Below, piece after piece: positions 53,913 to 64,000 of a DNA stretch of 64,000 nucleotides. Location: assembly GCA_030141605.1 (NCBI GenBank), contig JAQGDQ010000240.1, positions 124,001 through 188,000 of the forward strand. Direction: 5' to 3'. The stretch comes from Tubiluchus corallicola. Taxonomy: Eukaryota; Animalia; Priapulida. Every line of letters begins with the position of its first letter. Position 1 is the stretch's first letter. A program made the translations under genes and the position numbers. The notes beneath the pieces were generated by a model that saw only the letters and a program-made list of their open reading frames with translations, was not told the DNA's origin and did no database searches.

Positions 53913-55164
53913 GTAAGTTGGACTAAACAGGTTCCATGGTAAAAATTTATTAACTGCGCACAGTTTAAAAACTTGAGAATAATTATTTACCGCACTGTTG
54001 GTAGTGGTGTTAGTGATGTTAGTAGTGGTGACGGCAACGGTTGCTATAGAAAACCATAGCAAATAAATTTTCTTTTGTCTAAATACACTTACAGTTAAAT
54101 AAAGCTACAGCTGTGGTAAATACTCAAGCAAATATTTCAAGAAGTCGTGTCAGTTTGCTTTATTACGAAAGACAAGAAAGTAATCTAACTATAGCGCAAA
54201 CAATGCCTAATCCAATGTTATGACTCTAGTTCAAACAAACTTCTTCCTAACCAAATCTACATACAAATGGATTTTTAAGGAAAATTGAGCTGACTTTCAG
54301 AAATTACAGTCTGATGTCTAACGCTGTAGCCAGCGACAGAGTGGCACAAAAATTAATCATAACTGATAAAATTGCTCTATAAGAAAATTCAAAACTGGTA
54401 ATTCATGGATTTACAGTCAAGTATTCAATAAAGTTGGAAAAAATGAAGTATGACCAACGCAAAAGTTCTCTAGGATTTTTTTCTAACTGACGAACAATTG
54501 ATTAAAAGTATAACAATCGATTTACATCGTTTTTATTTACCTTTCGCATAATTCAAATTTAAACTATTTAACGTTCTTGTCATTTGTACATTTCTTGAAA
54601 ATAGCATATATTTTAGTTTAAACGATAGTTTATTAATCACACACCATATATCAGGAATAAACAAATCTTCCATAACTTGGTAGGAACTAATTTGGTAGGG
54701 ATATAGTAACAAGAGAAAGCAATAAATGAGAATTGAAACATCATGGTTGGGTTACTAAGGTTATACTCATATGTTTATATAATAAAACGTTTACTATTAT
54801 TATAAAATCAATTGTAGCAATGATAACAATTTTATTAGACTGCAAAGAAAGAGATTTGCTTCCATATCGTAAAATGTTGATGTCATTACTTATAAATGGT
54901 GGCATTATTTGGGATTATAAATGGGATGTAGATATCTAATCCGATAAAAATGATAGATTGTACAAATAATAAATGAGTGAAAAGAGTGTCGCTGCACACC
55001 ACAATGACATAAGGGAGAAAATAATATAAAATGTTGATACATGTGAAGTAATAAGATTGCAGCTCATGTTAATTTGTGAAAGATGAATTTGTACAAATCT
55101 TTCCCCCATATAACAGTAAAAGGGTGGTTTATGAAACCATAGTAACATTTAGGGAGTGTTTCTG

Positions 55165-55300
55165 ACTTTTAAATTCACGTCAAGTTTGTTTTTGGGAATG
55201 ACTGATGGAATGGAAATTTTTATATCTTCAGATAATTGATTCCATTTTTTGTGACCCACACTGTGAATGAATTGTGGTAAAGTATTTTCCTGGTATAGAG
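55165..55300 (-). mobile_element. CR1-like LINE 3' relic
   Basis: The minus strand gives approximately RKILYHNSFTVWVTK/WNQLSEDIK...KNKLDV, like the RK.FF..RV...WN.LP...FK.RLD end of CR1 ORF2. Confidence 0.4.
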
Positions 55301-55567
55301 CATGAAAAAATTATGAGCATGAATAACATATATTTTCTTAACTATAACTTGGGCACTTTAGAATTTGCATAGCGTTGCCAAATTTACGTGTGAAATGTTT
55401 CAATTTTTTATATACTACTTCCGACTTGAGCTTAAAGTACAAGAAAACACATTTCAAAAATTCCACTTGAAATTTTATATATTACTTACATGCTGTATTA
55501 TTGTATAGAGGGCTTGCGTTAGGTAACGTTGTATAAAATGTAACTAGTAAATTTAAATTCCCGCGAT

Positions 55568-55675
55568 GGACGTTAGGATGATAATGATGATGGTGATGAT
55601 GATGATGATGATGACGATGATGATGACGACGGCGACGGCGGCAATGATAATGATGACAATGATGATGATGATGAT
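55568..55675. repeat. Degenerate (GAT)n microsatellite
   Basis: Directly visible. Confidence 0.9.
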
Positions 55676-57594
55676 AACTACAGAGACTGTAGTAATCCAG
55701 ATTATTACAGCGGAATACTTTGGTTTTGAAAAGTTATTAAGCACGTTTACACTTGAAAAAGATCGGTACACCGTTGCGTCGCTTTCATAGAATGCACATA
55801 TCGTTGCCACACTGTGCAATATTATTGCATTTCACTTTTTAATATGAAATGAAATGCGAATCTTACAAAAGGACACTGTAAATTGCATACTGTTACAATA
55901 TATTAAAGAACTGATGAAGAAATCAGAGATTACTGCGCACACAGTCACCAACTTTAAAGCACAAGAAATTGCGCTCATGAATAAAGCTTAAAAAGTTCGT
56001 CTTGAAATTTTATATCACTTACGTGCTGTCATACCACAGAGCTTGCTTTGGCGGTAATGCTGTATAAAAATTATAAATTTTTATATGCTATGATTATTAG
56101 GAGCAGCCATTTTAACGGTAAGTTGTTTAAAACGAGGCTAAATAGGACTGCTTAAAGTTTGGAAAAATATCCAGAGCATACCTCTTTCTAACTAAACAAA
56201 CGCTTAAATTATTTCATATTGTCAATAAGACCAGTAGTGTGGGTTTTTTTTCGTGAATCATTGGTACGCAGTGGGACGGTGATGCAGTGCCATTTTACAA
56301 CGTGATGCGAACCTTTTAAATTATGTATTTTTCTTTTGCAATTACATAAGTCTCTCAAACAAGTAAGAGTAATGCTAAGTAATAATACTTGTATGGAAAG
56401 TTCTTTGAAATAAACTTTAAAATTTTCTTTTTTTTCCCATTTACAGAACGGAAAATAGTGATGCAGACACTTTATAACACTAAGTTTATCCATTTTAGTA
56501 GGCTTAATTATCTATTAAAAGATCAGCTAGGCGTTTTTTTATCGACCGGTTGTATTAAATTTTACCTTATTGACTCGTGGTCTATCAGATTAATAAGAAT
56601 TATACAGCCGCAGATATAATAGTTACCATGCAATAAGTTAGCAACACTGCAACCAGGGCATAGACTGCACTTACGGTTGTGGGGTATAGGCGCGCGGTAA
56701 AAATTTTTCTAATTCATGTAGCTGTATACCGCCTTAGTCGCACTGTAGTCGTCGCGTCTAGCTTCCACGCAACTAGAAAAGTTAAGCCGAATTCAAACAG
56801 ACGTCTTAACTTGCATATTGTCGCGCCTTGCGTTGCACGCACTTAGACGAGGAATCATTTTCAACTCTTCATAGCTAATTTTCATCAGTTTGACTATGAT
56901 TCCAGTCACGATCTCGCTTGATTATTTTTATTAAACTTTGGTTAGTTCCGCGTTGGTTTCTCTATCTCATAACAAATGATAAGCAGCTGAAGCAAGATAT
57001 AGCGCGAGCAAAATATATATACCAGTGAATGGCTGAATGGATGAACGAGAGAATGTGTGATTGAACGAATGATGAATGAATGAACGAACAAAAATAACAA
57101 ATAAACAACCGAATGGACACGTCCCTTCGGCGTACGGCGCTTCAGGTATGCACAAATGTAAATGAATAAATGTAAAATTGAATAAATAAAAAATACAGGC
57201 AAACAAAGAAACCATGATAAGTGGCAGTCAAATACCAGTATTTTTATATGCGTGTGTAACTATTTTATAGGGCCTTACAGAATACTGGTGGGTACACAAG
57301 TTGCATCATAATCTACATCGTTCATAAAAGACATTTTGTCATGATTATTAATTATTTAGCACCGTCATAATATCGTCATTATTATAAATAGTGTACTTAA
57401 TAAGATTAAAACTCATGGGACTGGTATACAGTCTTGCAATATATACCTCTAACCCTCTCCTAACATCATGAGCTGGTTTTCAAGAAAACTACCAGGAAGT
57501 TAGCAAGCATATTTTTTAAATTTTATTAAGTTTTTAGTATAAAATGCACTTTAATCTTTAAATTCTCACTGTCACACAAAACAATTCTCTACCA

Positions 57595-57645
<51 letters not shown>

Positions 57646-57755
57646 AGAAAACGCATAGAGGAAAATCGCGGGTTAACAAAGATAGAGAGAAATGGAGGCA
57701 AAAAAATACAGTAGTGAAAACGTGGGAGTGAGGACAGAGAGAGGGGTGAGGAACC

Positions 57756-57844
<89 letters not shown>

Positions 57845-57865
57845 AGAGAGAGAGAGAGAGAGAGA

Positions 57866-57914
<49 letters not shown>

Positions 57915-57944
57915 GTGAGTGAGTGAGTGAGTGAGTGAGTGAGT
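57595..57944. repeat. (GA)n tracts followed by (GAGT)n
   Basis: Directly visible at 57595-57644 and 57757-57944. Confidence 0.96.
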
Positions 57945-59576
57945 GATTTGATTTGATTTAAGTCTTTATTGCAAACTCTAGGTTCATATATACAAAAATA
58001 CATTCAGGACAAAAGTTACATACAACAGTTATAAATATTTACAATTATGACATAGTTAGTGACACACAAAATAAATGCACAAGTAGACTATAGAAATCAC
58101 ATCGGCAAGGCATTACCGAAAACCATAAAGAAGTTCTATAGATTTTTTTCTAATGGAGGAAGTAAAGAAAGCATCACATTCACTTAAGTGCTTACAAATA
58201 TCATTCTCACTAATAGCAACTCTATTACAAAAACTAAGTACACACTTTCTAATGATAACATCGAAGTATCTAATATTGAGATTTGTTGTAATGTTTATAG
58301 CACTAGTGTCATAAGGATATTTAAAAAAATTTCTAATAGAGATGTTATAGGCAACTTTTAATTTCATCAGATCGTATAAATTGTAATAGCGCCAGGTAAC
58401 CATACAATAAAAACTACTGCAGTAGGAATAAAAAGATACTTCTTGACAGCAAGTGAGCAATTACCAAAACGTCTGATTAATTGGTTGGCCCTAGAAAAAT
58501 AAATTGTTCTTTGTCTAATAATGTCAAGATCATCTGCAGTATTTTCAGAAATTATATGCCCTGGGTATTTCTCCTGTTTGTAGGGCTTGATCAAAGTTCC
58601 TTCCATACTAACGGAGCCATTCGCCACATTTCTAAAAACAGATGACTTTATCGAGACCAATTTAGTCTTCTCGACTTTAATAATAATGTCATGCTGTGTA
58701 GCATACTCAATGTATATATATCAATGAGTTTGTAGTACAGATATGGTTGTGGCTAATAAGCAGACATCATCTGCATACATCACATGATTCGTATATTGAC
58801 AACCATTCGTATATTCGTGCAATGTGACAACCATACTGTGAAGAGCTAAGCCTCTGGCTTAGGTCAAGAAAATACAACATAGGAGACATAATACCTCCCT
58901 GACGAACACTGTTACCAACGTTAAATATACTAGACTGGTGCCCCACCTAAATTAATGTCCCACCATCACACAATCCGCCCCACCTAATTAACAGGCCTTG
59001 TTTTGTATAGTAAAAAACGAAAAGATGAATAGTAACTTTGGGCACGTCAGTGGCTAACAGTTTAAAAAATAATTTGAAATAATTAATACGGTCAAACGCT
59101 TTTGAGGCATCAATAAAAATAATGTGCACAATGCTTTGCCTGGAAATGTAGTAATCAATGATTTCTTTGAGACTGTCGATACATAAATTGGTTCCCAATT
59201 TGTCTACGAAGCCAAACTGATTTGGTGTAGTATGAATACAATGTTTATATCGATAGAGTAACACATATTCAAGAATTTTATAACTGATGGGTGATAGAGC
59301 CATGGGCCTGAAATTGTTTACGTCCGTGATATCACTGTTTTTGTTTTTGACAAGAGGCACAAGTATTAAGAGGATGAGTGCATTTGGAAGAAAACCATGA
59401 GCAATGCAAGATGTATACATTCAAGCTAGCAATATGGGTAGAAGCTCAGTTGCGTATGTATAATGGTCGGCTTGGAGCCGATCAGGGTCTGGACTTTTGG
59501 TGAGACAGGCTAGACATGACATCCTGAACCTCTCTTACAGTGATTGCAGGAGCATTGTTTAGGTGATAGTGTTGTT
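57945..59576 (-). mobile_element. 5'-truncated, decayed non-LTR retrotransposon (RTEX-like) with reverse transcriptase domain
   Basis: RT motifs in order: KSPDPD, LVPLVKNK..NNFRPMAL, NQFGF, FIDASKAFDRIN, SVRQGG..SP, HVMYADDV, KYPGHII, LKVAYN..R. Then 3' UTR, AATAAA and an (AAATC)n tail. Several stops and frameshifts. The clade call is from recalled motif style. Confidence 0.93.
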
Positions 59577-59735
59577 AGTGAGTGAGTGAGTGAGTGAGTG
59601 AGTGAGTGAGTGAGTGAGTGAGTGAGTGAGTGAGTGAGTGAGTGAGTGAGTGAGTGAGTGAGTGAGTGAGTGAGTGAGTGAGTGAGTGAGTGAGTGAGTG
59701 AGTGAGCGAGTGAGAGAGAGAAAGGGAGAGAGAGA
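59577..59735. repeat. (GAGT)n microsatellite flanking the LINE 5' end
   Basis: Directly visible. Confidence 0.97.
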
Positions 59736-62700
59736 AAGAATGAGAACTTATCTGAAACTTGGACATTTTAAACGGAAACTTCTTGTTGTGACAACGAGCA
59801 ATACTTTAGCTATTTTATCTTTCCGAGTTGGTAGATTCAAAATGCAATCTGCCAGAAATTTAATCATTTTAAATCATCAGCATAGAAGTAAAATTTATAC
59901 AATTTTTTACACAGTTTATTAGCGAACCTAGTCTCATTTATGCAGACGGGCTTGAAGACGCGCAGACAAGCGTGAAGACAACTAGGCAAGTGTGAACGAA
60001 AGTTATGCAATAATAATCAAGCAGGCAGTAGAGCGTCGAATTATTTAACGTTATTAAACAAGCACCATCGTCAATCCACTGATTACAATATGGCGCAAAT
60101 GACCGGAACCTGTTAGCTTCATAATCTCATCTAATCAAGATGGATTCGCACAGAGTTGAATCGCTCGAGATCCAGATTGGGGTTAGATCCATAACATGAC
60201 AACGTATATATCGTATGGCTAGGTCATCCCTACTGTTCACGAATTTACACTTGTGAATATTCTATTTCTTATAAAGATACACTAAGGAATTATACAATTA
60301 GATTTTGTGTTTTTCCACGAGTGTAGTATCCTAAATGTGTACTAAAATATAGAAAAATTCTTCAAATTTAAACTATCAAAAGAGAATGCGTTTGATGAAA
60401 AATAACTGTTCGAGCCTACATTACATCAGTAAACGTAAGTTTGTGCATTTAAGCTAGAAAACTTGAGACAAGAGAGAAAATTTATAATAAACATTGTAGT
60501 TAGTCTAATCCCGAAATTTTGTGTCGTTCTGCTCACATTCCGTGCAATCTCAAAATCTTATTTGAAGACTCGAGAAAATTTGGCTATAATAAGTTTAATT
60601 AATTGCACATTGGCAAATATATACGACGCATGGCGCGGCTTATACAGCATTTTTCGTAGCAAATTTGGTATGTGCCATTTCCACTTAAAATAGTAAACAA
60701 GATCAGTACCCTGTCGTTTTATGTGAAAATTATACTCTTTGTTACATGATTCGAACTTTATCTGCAAGACGTGGAAGACGGCACTTCATAAAAATTTGTG
60801 AGTGCATGTATGCTGCAGCTTGCGAATCTCACATGCTGGTAATTCGCCGCGAAAATGTATGTAACGGATAAATGTGACAGCGGTACATGGTGCATTTAAA
60901 TTACTGAACAAAAATCAAGTCGCAAATCAGGACTAACAAAATGGAAAACATGCATTTACGGACAGAATCTGATGGGTAATGAAAAATGAATGGACCGCAG
61001 TTGCGCCACCTGCATTTAAATGAAGTCGAGAAAATCAAAAAAGAAAAACGGAAACATGGTTTCTTGGAAACAGTCTGAACTTTTTCAGTAAATTTATTCC
61101 GCCATCTGAACTTGCCTGGCGTCAATGAATATAAATATGTGGCTGCAAATAAAAGTGTTTTACTTTCTAGAGAATTAAGTATATTTACAACTTTGTGCAA
61201 AAATCGGTTTCTATAGCACCTCGCTCGTACTCGGTTAAAATAAGTATTCCAAAAATATGAGCATCTTATTCGAAAACAACCCGCTTATCAACACTATGCT
61301 GCAATGAATTAGGACTGGTGTGACACAAAGCCAAAGACCACGGATAAAAATGATCTAACTAGCCAGGAGCTTTTACTTTTATCAGTATTCTTTCTTTTTT
61401 ATATTCACGTCTAAATGAAACACAAACCTTCTAATATAGTTATAAATATGAGCCATGTGCACAAAAATTAAATTCTAATAATTCTAAACTGGCTCTGGCA
61501 TAATAGCTTTTTTCTAGCGAATTGCCAGAGTATGTGAGAGTGGCCACAAATCATTGAATACATGAACCTCATAAGTTGTGGGTCGTTCTTGACACCCATT
61601 TCCCTTTGTGATTGCATCGCAGACATCAGTCTTTATAAGAACTGCAAACAACGAAAAAAAGCAATGAAATATTTTCAAAAATTCAAAACGAATCTTCAGC
61701 CTCTTTCACCAAAAGGGCCTTTGGACTCTTAACGGAAGATGAAGTGAAACAAAGTGTAACGGACTATGGGCAAGTGACTTCATACTCGAGGTTAAGCACT
61801 ATTATAGTCTGATATCTAAAGACCCACGAGAACAACAGAATTAATCCTGGCGTGCGGATGTTTTAGCTGGGCAGCTGGAAGCTAGTTGACGGGGGAGCTG
61901 ACAGACTGGTCGGTTGACTGACTAACTGGCGACTTTATTGGCAGATTGACTGATTCGCTAACTAACTGACTTACTAGCTGAGACTGACTGACTGGGTAAC
62001 CCACCGACCAGCTGACGGCTCTTTGATCGATCTACGAAGACTGACTGATGAGCTTACTGCAGGTTGTCAGCTAACTTTCTGGTTAGTTTCCCTGATGGTG
62101 GATGGACTGAATGAAATAATGAATAGACCAACAAATAAATGAACGAACGAATAAACGAGGAACAAACAAATAAAAATATTGTAACGTTTTAACAACAACA
62201 ACTCTTTTTGCATGCAGACTGCTGAGTAAATTTTAGCTGACTGTGATAGCAGTAATTACATATGCAAGTCACAAAGCGTGAAAATTTGAGTTTTCGGAAT
62301 CATGCATGGATTTCCTATTTTGAATGCTTTCTGAATGATTGCATCATCTCGAATAAGGGTTTTAGTGCAGAAGCTTTTTGAATACCCACGGCGCAATAAA
62401 ATAAATTACAATTTTGTTGGCTGACATTTTTCTTCAGTAAAAGGGGAAAGTTCTATACCTGTTTTCATTTGCATTTAGTCAATAATGAAATGTTTCTGCA
62501 TTCATTTATTCGTTTTGCATTTTGTTCGTTCATTCATTCATCTAATCGTAAATTTGTTTTTTTAATATATTCAAACGTTCAATCAATTCTTATTTGGCTA
62601 CTAGGTCAGTCAGTTAGCCGGTCTGTCTGTCAGATGACGTAAAAATATCATTATAACGTACCGTGCTTTTAAAGACGATATCTAAAATTTGCTACAAAGC

Positions 62701-63029
62701 TATATTTTTATTGAAAGTTAAAAAGCTGTATACAGCTGCACCTCACCTTGGTTACCTTTATCACACGTCCAAGTAAAATGTACAAAGTTGTGACGAAAAA
62801 ACATTCCGAAGAGCATACTTACTTTTGTAGCCGTATTTTGTATAAGTACACGGTCAGCTGTGTGGCAGTAATTCCGTATGAACTTCGCAAATAACCCCCT
62901 AGTTCCTAATTTTACAAATTATCAGTTGAACACACGGTATTTGTTTTACACAATTGTACATGGTACTTAAGAACAAAAATAAAGAGAGCATCAGAGAAAG
63001 CAAACACAAAACTTTCCCTAATTGTGCCT

Positions 63030-63272
63030 TTGGTGAGTAATTGTCACTTGTAAGAATAATTCACTCTGAACTTATATAACAGTCTTCACTAATTCACAAA
63101 TCAACAAATTATCAACTCCTCACATGCTTTCATTTTGCTTTTACAGAAAGAAAATTAACAGACTGAAACATTTAAAAATGATTTGTGTGAGTATTTGTCA
63201 CTTCGACAGTAATATTCGTCACTAATTCACAAATCCATAAATTATAACCTGCTAATGCGGTTTTAGTTTGCG
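63030..63272. repeat. Diverged ~155-bp tandem duplication
   Basis: gtgagtaWttgtcactt...tcactaattcacaaatc..aaattat occurs at about 63033 and 63187. Confidence 0.6.
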
Positions 63273-63320
63273 CTTCAGCAAAAAATAAACAAAATAAACA
63301 CGTATAACACACATATCACA

Positions 63321-63528
63321 TCACGAAATGATTTTTGTACTAGATCCCGTGTTAGTTTCCAATTCGATGTCCCAGAAAGAACTTCGTGCAGGAAAAGTTG
63401 CTAAACCCGAGCGTTGACAACAAGCGCAGCTTCCAGTCAACGCAGCTGGCTTGACCATGGATGGCTTCTTCGAGTAGTAGGGAATCAGTTCACTACAGAC
63501 ACGGCTGATTGAGCGCAGATATACCACA
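63321..63528 (-). CDS. Candidate terminal exon of an unidentified gene lying to the right
   Basis: Acceptor ttccatttattctacaccttag, one long open frame (VVYLRSISRVCSELIPYYSKKP...STKIIS*), and GC above background. No homology recognised. Confidence 0.25.
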
Positions 63529-64000
63529 CTAAGGTGTAGAATAAATGGAACTAATGTTTAGAATAACTAGCTGGCTGTTGTGTGCACAACAATGCACACA
63601 TGCAAACATGCAAGGCTAACTATATTTGAAACTTGATCCTGGCCCAACAAAAGGGCGATGTATTCAGAAAAGTTTAAATGCATTTATCGTTTGGATTTTT
63701 TATTCTGGAATTGGAGTTTTCGTTAGCTTATTCTACCTAGGAACGCTTCACTTATCATAGAGACTTCAAATCAATTCAATTCAATGATCCTCAGAAAATA
63801 ATCCCCGTATAACAAGTACCCAAAGTGATGAGCTTACCACGCGATGACAGTACAAAAAGCTCGATGTTTCTCTAATCTTACCTCAGAACCTGACTGAAGG
63901 CCGTGTGTGTGTGTGTTTTCTCTAACTAATAAAATTCTTTAATATAGTCACTAGGCAGACTATAAAGACAGGAATGTCTCTTCGTTAACTCAGAAAAGTG

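Overview
AT-rich, microsatellite-dense eukaryotic DNA, most likely from an invertebrate animal (inferred from its transposon types and splice-like signals). There is no prokaryote-style gene density and no rRNA, intact tRNA or CRISPR array. Almost all ORFs in the six-frame track are chance or simple-repeat artefacts. Best-supported content: (1) a decayed RTEX-like LINE (57945-59576, -) sitting inside a (GAGT)n microsatellite, with a second 3'-end copy at 37322-37550 that has the same downstream repeat; (2) relics of an L2 LINE and a Tc1/mariner transposase, plus weaker CR1, RTE and Gypsy-like relics; (3) several MITEs with readable TIRs and TSDs (TTAA, TTA, TA, poly-C), a foldback-like element and Helentron-type fragments; (4) a 31-bp minisatellite with a 9-unit (279-bp) higher-order duplication; (5) a frameshifted single-exon gene for a secreted LRR-like protein (27894-28639) and a second LRR-like fragment (45194-45454). 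More speculative leads are a consensus-like recursive splice site (AG|GTAAGT, 47163/47164, -), several microexon candidates including a 3-nt TGG exon, and a phase-consistent minus-strand exon chain with no recognised homology. All calls come from reading the sequence by eye; nothing was searched or computed.
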